Positions 51,736 to 64,000 of a stretch of DNA of 64,000 nt are shown one piece after another. Origin of the DNA: Cycas panzhihuaensis (lineage: Eukaryota; Plantae; Cycadophyta); NCBI GenBank assembly GCA_023213395.1, contig CM041465.1:87365741-87429740 (forward strand), read 5' to 3'. How positions within the stretch are numbered: the first letter of the stretch is position 1; each line of letters opens with the position of its first letter. The notes below the pieces were generated by a model that was not told where the DNA came from, did not search any database, and saw only the letters and a program-made list of their open reading frames with translations. The position numbers and the translations under genes were made by a program.

Positions 51736-51850
51736 GGAGAAGGGTTAAGTAGTGGGTGGTTGTGGCATGTGGTCTGCAGTAATGGAGAATGGGAGCAGAA
51801 GGAAGTCTTTCTTATGCCTCCCATTTCCATGGCCTTCTCCACACATCCGT
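51736..51850 (+). ncRNA. MIR482: MIR482/2118-family hairpin 1; candidate mature UCUUUCUUAUGCCUCCCAUUUC (51806-51827) or a 2-3 nt shifted register
   Basis: 51782-51804 pairs with 51808-51830. The reverse complement GAAATGGGAGGCATAAGAAAGA differs from GMGGIGK codons (GGAATGGGAGGCATAGGAAAGA) only at two G:U-compatible positions. Confidence 0.7.
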
Positions 51851-51910
51851 TTTCAATTTGCACGCTCTGTCTTCCTTTTCGTCGGATGATTTGATGGCAG
51901 AGGGTTTCTG

Positions 51911-52073
51911 TGGATTTTGAGAAGGGATGTCTCTGTAGTCTGAGGGCTTTCTGGCTTGGGCGGAAAGGGAAAACTCAATTCTTTAACTCGGTAATATCGT
52001 GAACTGAGGAATGCTAGTTTTACCTGCACCGCCCAAGCCTGTTGCTTTCGCTACACATCCTTTTCTTTCCACA
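51911..52073 (+). ncRNA. MIR482: MIR482/2118-family hairpin 2; candidate mature UUUUACCUGCACCGCCCAAGCC (52018-52039), star 51955-51975
   Basis: Long fold-back with lower stem GAGAAGGGATGT/ACATCCTTTTCT and a 22/21-nt duplex with an asymmetric bulge. The mature reverse complement GGC TTG GGC GGT GCA GGT AAA A encodes P-loop GLGGAGK(T). Confidence 0.88.
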
Positions 52074-52100
52074 TTCACGATTCCGTTTCTCCTGTCGAAC

Positions 52101-52109
52101 AAGGTAGGA
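52101..52109 (+). promoter_or_regulatory. 5' splice donor of the pri-miRNA (AAG|GTAGGA)
   Basis: Canonical donor about 30 nt after hairpin 2, followed by T-rich intron-like sequence. Confidence 0.55.
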
Positions 52110-54307
52110 AATTTACGTCATGTTTTACTGGCTTTCGTTTTTCTCAGTACACGATAAATGTAGTTTTCTCAGTTTGTGATCTGGGAAAGTACAGGGTGTT
52201 CTTTTGATCTGTAGAAGATTTTCTGAGGCTATATCTTTTAGATCTGTAGTTGATCTCGTTATGGGTTTAACGTGATAGTCTTTTGTTAAGATTTTGTGTC
52301 ATGTCTTTTATGCGGTACGTATGCATCGTTTCAGGACGGGTAGTGTGTTTGTTATTCCAGGTTTTAGCTTTTTCCTATTTCCAGATATTTCTCTCTGCTA
52401 TTTAATAGGGATTTTGTAAATTCTTGTTTTCTGAAGACTTAGGCGCTAGACATTATTTCAGGTCTTTTCGAAACTTTCTATTGTTATTTCTAGAGGGTTG
52501 TTTTTCTAACGCGTGTATTTGCGGTTTTTGCTTGTGTTTGCCTTCATTCCAACCGAGACTAAGTTTGCAAGCTAGGGTTGGACATTTTAGAGTAGGGTTC
52601 CAGTTGATCACAGGTAGTGCGTGTACACAATTTTTATGTGTCGAGTTCCAGCTTTACTTTCGATGGTAGTAGGATGTAATACTATACTATATTGGGATTC
52701 AGGCCAAGTCTGCCAGGTTAGAGTTGGATTTCTTTTCCCGAGGGCAGGGTTTCGGCTTATCCAAGTTAGTCGATGTATATGGTTTTCATGCACTCAGCTG
52801 CATTTAAACATGCAGTAGTATTTAGAGTGCATTATTATGTTTGGATTCTTTTATTTGTTTCTTTAATTTTATTTAACTGCTATTTTGAATGGCCATTATT
52901 TTGTTGAGTCTAAATATTTGCTTTTAATTTTGATCTTGTTTAGATCGATTCCTTTCAGCCAATGAGAAATTCATTCGACTTAAGAGAGAATCATTTTGGC
53001 TGTGTTTCTGTACATTCTGATTTCAGCAAATACTAATTTGTTAGCCTTAATCAGAAGTTGCTAACAAGGGATTGAGATTAGCGGATTGCTTTTCAGTAAG
53101 TCTGTTGAACTGTTCAAGCAATCGATCATCTATAACACAGAACGCATACCTAAAAATGTATCATGGTTTGTTGCATATGAAATTTTCTGTTATGTGAATC
53201 TTGTACAGAAGGGTGTTCCTCTTCGGAAATGTATGTTGCATTTGCTGCCTCGATGGATAAACATAGCCATTTTCCTTATGGCAGTTGCTCCAAGGCTAGA
53301 GAATTTTTATAGGTTGTAAGCTTCTGTATGCCAAGGGAATGAGTCCTGCTTCTGTTGTGGCAAGTGTTTGATTAGCGAGTCCAAATATGCTGGTATTTTC
53401 CATTCTGTGTAGACTGCATGGAAGACTTTGGTATTCTGTACAGGTCTGAGTTGGGTCATTGTGCACCTTTACAAATATGCTAGTGCCAGCTAGGTTTCTG
53501 AGAGAAATGGATCTCCTCCTACTGTCTGACACAAAAGTTGGCTGTTATGTATCAGGATTTTATCCATGGTTAACTTTGAAAGTATTTATTTCTTGTCATC
53601 GTGCCTATAGAATCACAACGAAGTTCAAGAATACAGAAATCAAAGTCTTATATTCAGACTCTCAGAGGGAGTTTATTTGTATCTCATTGATACACTTAGC
53701 TTGAGGAAATGATGAATCAGTAAGCTAAATCAGAACAAATGTAGCATGCAAAGCGAGAAGGCATAAGTTTTGAAACTCTTAACCATTAGTTTCTAATAGG
53801 TTGTGCAATTCAACATTCGTCCTAGATCTCTTAAATACCAGCCAAATAGGGGGAAAGTTGTAATTATAAAGACTCTTTTTCAAATGTAAAATGTGTTTTA
53901 ATTCAAAAAAATTATATTAAACATTTTGTGAACCATAAAATTTATTGCCTTGGTTATTTTGAAGTTTTGAGTTTGAAGTGCCTAGTCTTGTTTAAGTTTT
54001 TGATGTGCATGGTAAATTGCGGAAGAAATGTTGGACTACTTCACTTTGGTACTAGTCCAATGCTTTTATTGATTCATCCATGGAGGAGATTTCTGAGTAC
54101 ACATTACAATTGGATCATTTGGTGTTGTAATTATTAGTTTTACCTCACTATTTTTGTTCCTAACTTGAAATTGTTGTGATACAAAAGGGCTAGACTTCTA
54201 AAGTTATACCCATCAATGTTCTAATAAAATGTCGTAAATAGAATATATATGATTTGCCTAGTCAAAAGCTTTGAAACAAATTTAAATATGTAATTTCACT
54301 ATTGTTG

Positions 54308-54551
54308 TATAACATCATTTAGTAGGCATTATAGCAAATGGAAGTGTGCAATCACTCCTTGTAGCATAACATCATTTAATAGGTGTTTAAGCAAATGAAA
54401 GTGTAGAATTATTGGCACTAGATTTTGATAAAGATAAATGAATGATTGAATTTTGAGGATTGAATGGGATTGACTTGTTCCTTAGGCATTAGATTTTGAT
54501 AAAGATAAATGAATGAATGTTGAAGATGATATGGGATTGACTTGTTCCTTT
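54308..54551. repeat. Two adjacent tandem duplications (~58 bp x2 and ~70 bp x2)
   Basis: ATAACATCATTT..AGCAAATG(G/A)AAGTGT occurs twice. TAGATTTTGATAAAGATAAATGAATGA...ATGGGATTGACTTGTTCCTT occurs twice. Confidence 0.75.
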
Positions 54552-54991
54552 TATCCTTTTGAAAGTCTAAGGAAGGGAGGGTTGAGAGGTTTTGTGATGG
54601 ATTCTTTATTGCAAAATTCATATGCTTCAAATGATTGACATTTCCCCTTCTCTATAGGAAGAGTGGGGTATATCCTTTTTCTTTGTTAATGTGTTTCTAA
54701 ATATTTTTTTTGCCTTGTATTTGGTTTGCTTTTTTGTTTTTTTCTAAAATTTTCATCTCTTTTTTTAGTAAAATATGTAGCCCATCATTTTCATCACTAG
54801 GGGCTCTTAAGGTTGGGCTAGTGATTTTTGTGTAGTCAGGGAATATATGGAGTAAAACTCTTCTCGTGTATATTTCCCAACAACCTTGAAGATAGTGGAA
54901 GTTACGCTGTATAGTTACACTTTGTGTTGGAAGGGGTGTTTTTTAATTAAGCATGGGAAAAGAAGTTAAATTATGGTGAACTAATATTATA

Positions 54992-55228
54992 TTTAACAAC
55001 CTCTATCCTCTCGTATGGTCTCTTGAAGAATGAGCGAAAGTAGTATGGACACCTATTTTTTTTGGCAAGGTTGCATTTAAATTAAAAGGGAAAGTTTTTT
55101 TCAATATTTTCTTCTCAAACACAACAGATTTGGATAAGGTTTTATACGAAGGTCCCTAGTTCATGCGAGACTCGAATCTAGCCCTTCAACGATGGTCATC
55201 TATGTTTGATCTGAGTAACCCAGGGCTG
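54992..55228 (+). repeat. Displaced duplicate of a LINE ORF1 segment (copy of ~55852-56088)
   Basis: Near-identical sequence, including GGATAAGGTTTTATACGAAGGTCCCTAGTTCATG. Confidence 0.85.
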
Positions 55229-55512
55229 CACACTATTGCATGTGCTTGTACGAGACGTTTTCTCATTGATTTGCAACTGAGTTTCTTGGTTAGGAGACTA
55301 GACCTTGTATCAATGCTTGAGCTTTTCCTCCTCTTATCTAGGTTGCATGTTGTTGCGTGTCGATATTAGAGTTTGCATGTGTATTTTTCGCTTAGATTTG
55401 CAACCAAAGTCCTTGGATTATAGGTAAGTATTGTTGACCCTTTTAAAAATTTTCTCATCATCAGTTCTTTTTCTTTTTCTTTTTCTTTGTTTTTCTCTAG
55501 TCTTTAATCCCA

Positions 55513-58500
55513 ATGGAGGTAGGCTTTGCTCCAATACAAAATAATAGGTAGGATTTGAGGCCCTAATCAATTTAGGCCTAAGAATCCCTTTAGGATTGCC
55601 TTAAAAGGAAATACACAACTTAGTTTATCAGTCATGCAACAGAATAATCTTCTCAATGAAGTTTGTGACTTCTTCCTCCTCAATCCTCTTGCACTGGCAT
55701 CTCAAGCCTAGGTTCTACAATTTGAGAACTAGAACAAGGTTACAGATGAGGACCTCTTAACCACATTATTGAGAATGGTGGATTATGAAACAAATGCCAT
55801 TACCTTCTCGATTGAGGACATTGAAAGCATCTACATGGAATTATTGGCAAATTTAACAGCCTGTATCCTCTCATATGGCCTCTTGTAGAATGGGCGAAAG
55901 CAATGTGGACACCTATTCCTTCTGGCAAGGTTGCATTTGAACTAAAAGGAAATGTTTTTTTCAATATTTTCTTCTCAAACACAATAGATCTGGATAAGGT
56001 TTTATACGAAGGTCCCTAGTTCATGTGAGACTTGAATCTAGCCCTTCAATGATGGTCTTCTATGTTTGATCCGAATAACCTAGGGTTGTTAAAAATCTCA
56101 GTTTGGATCCATTACCGTTCTTGTTTGATGAGTTTAAAGAATGGGAACGTTTAGTCAAAATTGGCTCCATGTTGGGTAAGGTTATTAAGTTAGACTCGAA
56201 CACCTTAGAGCACACTACCGGTGGTAAAGTGTGTGTTGAGTTAGATATAAGTGAATCGCTTAAAGAACACTTATTTATTAAAGTTGCAAATAGGTGAATC
56301 AAAATTAATCTAGACTATGAAAGAGTCTTGTTCAGATGCACTGCATGTCATAACATTGGACGTGTATAAATTTTGTCATCTATTTCAAGCGCCTCATACT
56401 TTAGATCCTTGGAGAGATGGAAGTCATTCTAGACCAAAGGCCCACTTCCTAGCTAGTTAGCAATAAGGTAAGCAAGGAGGAGCAACAATTGACAGGGAAC
56501 AACTCTATTAACAATGAGGAAATTTGGCAAATTCATACTGAAATGAATACTCATAAGCAAAACATAGCTCTGCGTCAAGCAAGAGAAGAAGAAAGATGGA
56601 CTCTAGTAACTAGTCGTTCATGAAACAAAGAAAAAGGTCACCTTGCGAGTGCATAGGATCTGCATGTAGATTTCAATGATTCTAGAGATCAACTTAAGAA
56701 AATGCTGAACATTGCTTTATTGATCCAAAGGCATACCTCTGAAATGGATGCAACCCCTATGTCAGGGCTCCCTCGAGACAACTCAGTTGATATGCTCATA
56801 GAGGAAGTAGAATCTTTGGATCATGTTTCAAAAACCCAATGGTCAAGATCTCCAAAGGAGAATGACTATCAATTATAACAACGTATGCCCAATAATGAAG
56901 ATACTCCACATCACATTTGATTTAAATCTCTAGCTTGCATCAATTCTTTCTAATCAAATGGACAAAAATAACTTTTTAAGAATGGCCTCGAACATTAGGG
57001 GTATTGGTCTCCCCAACTTTCGCAAATGCAAAGCTACGTTTAGTTTGACAACATCATTCTCATTTTTTAGTTATGTTAGAAACTCATAGTGTTTGAAAGT
57101 GATATGTAGCGCACTATCCGTAGTATCTGGCCCTTGGCTCAATGGAAAGCAATTTTTCTAGTTTAACCCGTTGGAGGGCTTTGTATTCTAATAGAATAGC
57201 CAATGGAAGATGCTTCAATATATTGAGAGCGCTTTTTAGGATTGGATATGTTTGAAAATGGAAAAGGATCAATTCGTTTGTTGGGTCATTGGGGTCTATG
57301 CCTCTACTAATGCTAGTGTCAAGCACGATTCGTGGCAAGTTTTGGCAGAAGCTCTAAATAACAATTAGCTAGATTAGGACCACATGTTAGTATTGGGGGA
57401 TTTCAACTTTGTGGAATACCCTAATGAAAAATCAAGCAATAAATTCAAAAGGCCTTATCAAAGAGATAATTCATTTTTTGCCAATCTTAAAGATGCCCTA
57501 GGTCTTTCCAAGCTTCTTTGGAAGGGGCCTCTGAATTTTACTTGGACCAACAATAGGCAGGGTAGCAGTTGCATAGTTGAAAGATTGGATGTAGTATGCA
57601 TATCAAATTCCCTTAGCCAACTCATTGATCAATACCAATGTATTTTGATAAATGCAGCCATGATATCTAATCATATGCCCATCAAAATTTAATTTTCCAC
57701 AGGGGTTGGCTCCTCTACCAAAGGGAAGACAATTTTCAAATTCAACACAAGTTTGCCTAAATTGGAGGACTTTAGGACTGGCTTGTAACAATGGTGGGAG
57801 GAATTGTATACCAACCCAGATGGTTTAAACAACCCTAGTGCTTGGTGGACGACGTTTATGAAGGGTCTCAAATCTTACATCAAGATGTTTAGTAAAAATC
57901 ATAAATGCCAATTTGAGGAACAAAGGGAATCTTTGTTGATTACAATTCGTGTTATCTAAAAGGAATTTGAAGAAGGAAAAGGTTTGCCCAATCTCTAATT
58001 AAAACTTATTGACTTGAATGACCAATTTCTTTTAATGCAAAAACAAGAAGCAGAAAAATGGAGAGGTTGGTCCAATATTCAATGGAAGTTGCACTCTGAC
58101 TAGAATTAAAAACATTTCAATCACTATTCTAAAACATTTCAACATTAATTCTCTTAAGTGCCTGCATGTCTTCCCTGCAGAGACCACGTATTCGCAACAC
58201 AAAATTCAAGGGAAGATTTTTCATCACTTCGACAAATTGTGGACCACTAAAGGCTTCTTTATTGTTAGGGCCAAAGCCGCCCAAATCATTCTCTCTAAGG
58301 TGAATCTTATCCCTGAGGAGTGTAGCAAAAATCTAAATGACTCTCTCAGGAGATTGATTATTAAGGAGGAAAATATAGAAAATCATGATGAAGCTTTCCA
58401 TAGGTAAATCTTCAGGTTCAGATGGAATGCCTGTGGAGCTCCTATTGGCTATAGACTCTGATGAGATGCCTAAACTTTTAGCAGGAGCAGAAGAGCTTCG

Positions 58501-60320
58501 TTGTATGGGTAAAACGCATCCAGTTATCAACGCAACCATGGTCTCTTTGATCATTAAAAGTGGTACTCTGTCCATTCATCAATGGAGTCCCTTAAGCTTT
58601 AGAAACACTGTGTATAAGATAATAGCCAAAGTCTTAGCTAATTGGCTCAAAGAGTTTCTTCCTCAGGTTGTGAATGAAAATCAAACATCCTTCATAAAAG
58701 GTTGTCGTATAGTAGACAATATAACAGTGATTATTGAGGCTCTTTATACTATATAGACAAAAAGGCAACAAATAGCCCTACTCAAATTGGACATTAACAA
58801 GGCTTATGGCATAGTGGAATGGGACTTTCTTTTAGCTAATCCCTTTTTGAAAGGGATTACAAAAAGATCATATTAGTTGGTTCAAAGCCATGATCTCTTC
58901 GGTTTCAATGGCCATAAGAATCAATGGCTCAATCGATTGCCTCATTGATACTAGCAGAGGAATTTGCAATGGATGCCCCTATTTTCTTATCTTTTTGTGA
59001 TTGCCATAGACGACCTCTTTTCTCTATTAGTTTGGCTCCAATCTATGGGTCTTCTCTAAGGGGTTTCTATTGATGGAACAAAGGCTACAATGCGCCAGAT
59101 CTTTGCAGATGATACCACATTATTAGGCTATCTTTCATATAGAAATCAACATCTAGAGTTAAGTGTTTAGTTTTTTTGGTCTCACAATAGAGATGAAGAT
59201 TAATCACAATAAATGCACTATTATTTTCAACGAAATAGATATAGAGGGCTGATCCACTTTGGTGACAACCTTGGGAGTTCCAATCGCCCCTAGATCTGCG
59301 ATTTTCAAATACCTAGTTATCCATATAGGCCTCTCTAGATTAAAAATTGTTGATTGGCATTCTTATATTTTAAAAATCAAGAAGAAGCTAGATGCTTGGA
59401 TAACTAGATCTCTTAACGGAGTCTAATAGAATTGACCATGTCCCAAATGCCTAATTACTTAATGTCCATCATTCAAGCTCTCAAAGTTGTGCTATTAGTA
59501 ATTCGAAGTTTGTTCATTAGATTTCTCTAGAACGAAAGTGAAGTCCTATTGCCTAGTGAAGTAGAGCACAATGTCTAATCATAAGGGTCGAGGTGGCCTT
59601 GGTCTCAAAGACCCTTTTATCATGGGAAAGGCGAGGGGTAAAGCGATTGTGGGACTTATGGAACAGAGAAAACGATAAATGGATCTGCATTATTCGGAGG
59701 ACGTATTGTTTAGCGCTTTCGGCTAAAGATTTTTCTAGAAACCTTGGTCAACGGAAGCGAAGTCCTATTGCCCAGTGAAGTGGAGCACAGTGTCTAATCA
59801 CAAGGGTCGAGGTGGCCTTAGTCTCAAAGACCCTTTTATCATGGCAAAGGTGAGAGGGGCAAAGCAATTGTGGGACTTGTGGAACAAAGGAAATGATAAA
59901 TGGACCTGCATTATTAGGAGGAAGTATTGTTTAGCGCTTTCAACTAAACAGCAGCTAGCAGCTTCCAACCATCTAAACAAAGGATCCATGATTTGGAATC
60001 ACATGGTGGCAACTTGGGACAATCTCCACTATAACACTATATATTCTTCAGGATCAACATGTCTTCAAGTTAATTTTTGGACAGACAAATGGTTTCCTTG
60101 AGGGTTTTCTTTGTTAGTCAATTAGGAGGATTTCACTCCTTTAGCTTAGTTCTTCAGTTCTCATAATTGGCTTACTGTTGCTCAGTTCTAGGACTTTAAT
60201 TAGTGTTGGTGGAAGGATTTTGTTGAACTTGTGATAGGGATTAATCTTCAGCCTAAACCTTTGCTCTTGCAGAACGTTGATAGACTCAAATTTTTTATAC
60301 GGCAAATGGACCCTCTCGTT
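55513..60320 (+). mobile_element. L1-clade LINE, decayed; ORF1 (DUF4283-like plus zinc knuckle) and ORF2 (endonuclease plus RT from ~56958)
   Basis: ORF1: KIGSMLGKVIKLD, KVCVELDIS, LDYERVLFRCTACHNIG. EN: SNIRGIG, VLGDFN, FTWTNNR..ERLD, SNHMPI. RT: KSSGSDG, YKIIAKVLAN, KLDINKAY, IFADD. Confidence 0.9.
59519..59947 (+). repeat. ~210-220 bp tandem duplication inside LINE ORF2
   Basis: GAAGTCCTATTGCC...AAGGGTCGAGGTGGCCTT...GTATTGTTTAGCGCTTTC occurs twice. Confidence 0.85.
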
Positions 60321-60324
60321 GCCT

Positions 60325-63300
60325 CAAAGGATCTAGAGGAGGAGGAAGGACTCAGGGTTCTATAGATAGATATAGATGCTTTATTGTAGTTAACTTGGCA
60401 GGTAAAAGGAGCTCTTCAAGGCTTTTATTTGTGGGTAGTGGGAACGTAAAACTTGGAACTTCATTTTCTCCTCTTCTTTTCTCTCTCTTTTTCTCTATTT
60501 TTTAAAATCATTTGGTGCTTATAGGGTAGAGAAAATTTTACTTAATATTCCCCATGAGATACTTCAAGATATACTTCATCTCAACTCATGTTTTCTAGCG
60601 ATTTGAAGTCTTTTAACATTTTTTTTTAAATCATCGAGAAGCGGTTGGACTAGTTGTTATGTTGTCGGAATTCACTTAAAATCTTTTGAGTGCATATTTG
60701 TTATTTCATTGAGGTTGAGAGTTGTGTATGGAGAAGGGAAGATTGCCAAAAACTTTTGACATTGTTCCTCAAGGTATTACCTTTCTAACCCCCTTTTTAT
60801 CAATTTCTTGCATTTTCATTATGCCAATAAGCACCTCTAATTGACTTTGTGCGTGAATATTTACTCTATGCCATGTTACAGAAGTAAATAAAAATTAAAA
60901 AACCGAAAAAAAATGGAAAGGAAAATACTCTCCTATTAAATACTTATTTGTTAACATGTTGGCATTGGGCAACAAAGATAAAGTGTTACTTTTATAAGTG
61001 TTATTTGGCGCTAAGTCCCCTACGTGTGCACTAGCGCACGAGGCAGGTGGTGGTCCTTCTCTTGTCGATGTTGCTCAAACAATGATAATGTCTACTACCT
61101 GAATTACGTTTATACAACTTTATCTATCGGCACATTCAGACTAGCAAAGTTTGCATTAATAGAATAATAAGAAATTGTTTTTTGTCATAAGTCCATTTGG
61201 TAGATTCGAATGTTGTCAAATTTTCTATACATAGTTTTTTTCTTCTCTTTGCATTCTTGTATGGTTTTTTTCTTCTCTTTGCATTCTTGTATGGCGTTTG
61301 ATAACTCATCCACCAAGTTGGCTTTATAAGAAAGAAACATTGGAGGGAAGGGCAACTCTTCATTGAGGTTGTAAGCGTATTTCAAAGTACCCCTCTTTGC
61401 CCCTTTCTTTTCTTTTGTTTTTATTTTATCTTTAATTTAAAAAAGAACTAACAAAGACAATTTTTGGCCTAGAAGGCCCTTTTATACTTCAATCTACTTT
61501 ATTATAAAAACAAGAAAAGAGAAAGAACAAGGCTATTTCTCTTACCTTCCTTTGTTTACCTCAAAGAGACGAAACAAATAAAGGAAAGTGCTTCTCCAAA
61601 TTTCTTTGTTTCTTACCCCTTTTTTTCTGTGCTACTTCTATTTTGAAAAGAGAGAGAAGAATAAGCGAGAGGGAGGAGAGTGGAACACTTCTTTTGCCCC
61701 CCCTTATTTCTTAAAAAATAGAAGCAAAAGAAAATAAAAAGATTAACAAAAGAGGGAGCGTGCTTTTATGTTTGTTTGTGCATACGTTAGTTTGCTTGTC
61801 CCTTTCTTTTCTCTTTGTTCATATAATCCTAATCAGGGAACCAAGAAAAAAAAGTAAAACAAGATACTTGCATCTTATAGGTGTGTTTGTTAGTGAGACT
61901 AAAGAGGGTACAAGGGTTGCATCTAGTGTGAGTCTCCAAACTTGCAAGCTCTTAGGTGTACATTTAATTTAGGTTGAGTATTGCTTGCATTGAAATCAAA
62001 TAAGCATATAACCACATTATAACCGTGTGTTTTGATTTCTCCTTGTGACCCCTTGTTCGACCTGGACTATTGTTTTTGCCTTTGTGATTGTGTCCAAGTA
62101 GCACATACGGTGTCTGAGAGAGTTTGCTCTCTCCCTTATTGGGCAAGAATCTCCTTTACCTTGGATTTTTTGTAGAGTTGTATGAGAGGTCATCCTCTCT
62201 TACAGGTTACACTTTCTAGTGACCTTATTAGGAACTTGCCAGTTGGGAGGTTGGTGGTATACCATTAGCCTTCTCTCGTATATTACATTTCAATATTCAC
62301 TTTAGGGTGGCTCATTTGGTGCGGCCTTATTGAGTTTGTAAGTATTACTTGCCATCTTGTTTGCTTCCTAAGGTGACAAGTGCACCCCTTTGTTTGATCT
62401 TGCCTCTTACTTTTGAGGGTAGTCCCTTGTATGCCTTGATATTCTCGAAGTTTACAAGGCCTTCCTCCCTTGGATCCTTATCCCTTGTCTCTTCACCCAT
62501 CAAGTATACTTCGATGGTGGAGCAATCCCATCAACTTTGGGTCATTGACCCCTTTGCTACCCAAACACCTGAGTGGTCCTAAAAAGTCAAAGATGCTTAT
62601 GCCTTTCCTCCACACCACCCTATTGGAGTATATAGATCTTACCCACCACACAAGCTTGATTCAATTTATCAAAATCCGGTAGGATCCCCTACACATATTA
62701 TTGGAACCACCCAAGTGCAGTTTATTATGTCTTCATCTGAGCCATTGGCCTACACATCCTAGTAGGATCTATGACGCGTAGCCATATCATATCTCTAACT
62801 TATTCATACCTTGAAGAAGTCCTTCAAGATCATTACCTCATTGAAGGCATGCTTCAATGGGATTTCTTTGGGTTCAACATCTTCTACTCCTAACTTCTCT
62901 TGGATCACTCATATGTTTAACGTCATAAGTCTTGGGACAAAGTGTACCTCCATTTGTATCTCAACCCCAACAGGAGGTAGCCATCCAAGTCGCTATGTCG
63001 TCCCTTCAAGCTATAGTTGCAACATCAACCCCTACCTTAACTAATACGAGATTGATCCTACCCTCATAGTTTACCCCACTTGTCCTATCGACTTTGGAAC
63101 TTCACTCATCCATCACCCAACCTTTTGGGGTTTGGGCAAACCCTACTATTCCACCTCATTTAATACCCCAACAATTTATTGTTGGGGGTATGGCAAGTCT
63201 TATCCCACAATCTACTCAAATTGTGGTGGGGTGTACTCCTACCCCGCATGTCTTAGTTGGATACATACCCAAAAAGTGGGGGTATGTTGGGCCTCAACCC

Positions 63301-64000
63301 TATCACATATACAATGTGAATTTGATTCATCTATATGGGATAGCCCCTCCATTTGGGGGCCTATATGGTCAAAACCCATTTCAACATCCCTCTGTTTATC
63401 CTTCTCCTACACCTTTGAATATGATTTCTATTAAGAAACTCTTGTGTAAAGGGGAATGCCTCACCAAGCCCAAACCACTATTAATGCATGGTAAACACCC
63501 ACTTAGGTCGCTCAAACCCCTCTTACCTACACCTATTTCCCTAGGAACCCTAGGTGTAGAGGAAATATACCTCATGCAGCCAACCCACCTCTAGTTGGGG
63601 GCAATCCTTCAACCCGTTCAACCATATCAAGCCTACCATCAGGGGCCTCGCCTCTATGGTGCTATTGAAGGCCAATGTCCTTATGAATTACAACTTTTAC
63701 CTATGGACTCATAGGCCCAACCTACAACATGCTCGTACGTTGACTATATGAGTAGTTCATTGTCCCTCGACGTGCTTAGGACCAACTTGTCACGCATCCA
63801 CCTCAAGTTCCTAAGTTGTTGGGACAACTCAACAAGATCCTACGAACCATGTTAAAGCTTTTACCATGGCATGTATGGATTACTTACCCTATGATATTAT
63901 GATGAAGTTATTCTTGCACTCCGTCCATAGGGATACTCTTAAATGGTTTTATTGTCAACCCCCACATTCTATTCACACCTTCCAACAACTAGTTGACACT
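60325..64000 (+). mobile_element. Tat-like element F: partial 5' LTR, degenerate PBS (~62217-62234), Pro/Tyr-rich leader and gag running off the window
   Basis: SLDVLRTNL...FTMACMDY...IMMKLF...TLKWFY...IHTFQQLVD at 63760-64000 matches the B/D gag. The left boundary is approximate. Confidence 0.72.

Noticed and set aside
52200-54300. Protein-coding exons or further miRNAs (e.g. a miR399-like TGCCAAGGGAATGAGTCCTG near 53329, and a short MEDFGILYR ORF)
   Set aside because: I could see no matching star arm, long fold-back or recognisable protein motif. This is more likely pri-miRNA intron/exon sequence.

Overview
Plant nuclear DNA, probably a gymnosperm (inferred from the TE lineages, a caulimovirid fossil and a MIR482/2118 locus). 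Bases 1-50.7 kb are a nest of retroelements whose order can be read from junctions and TSDs. A Ty1/copia element is the oldest host. A Tat-type gypsy element (D, minus strand) sits inside it. D is interrupted by a complete 18-kb Tat element (B, with 3.2-kb LTRs) and by an endogenous caulimovirid that ends at its tRNA-Met primer-binding site. A further Tat LTR (E) sits in the virus, a Reina-like chromovirus sits in E, and a CpG-rich young Tat element (A) sits in the chromovirus. Elements A and B both carry an unusual 3' cassette: a spliced, TATA-driven antisense plant-mobile-domain/coiled-coil gene, then a stand-alone archaeal-type RNase H ORF. A palindrome from the LTR promoter recurs in the first intron of that antisense gene. 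Near 51.7-52.1 kb is a two-hairpin MIR482/2118 locus whose 22-mers are complementary to NLR P-loop codons. A decayed L1 LINE and the 5' part of another Tat-like element follow. No intact host protein-coding gene was recognised. All alignments and folds were done by eye.
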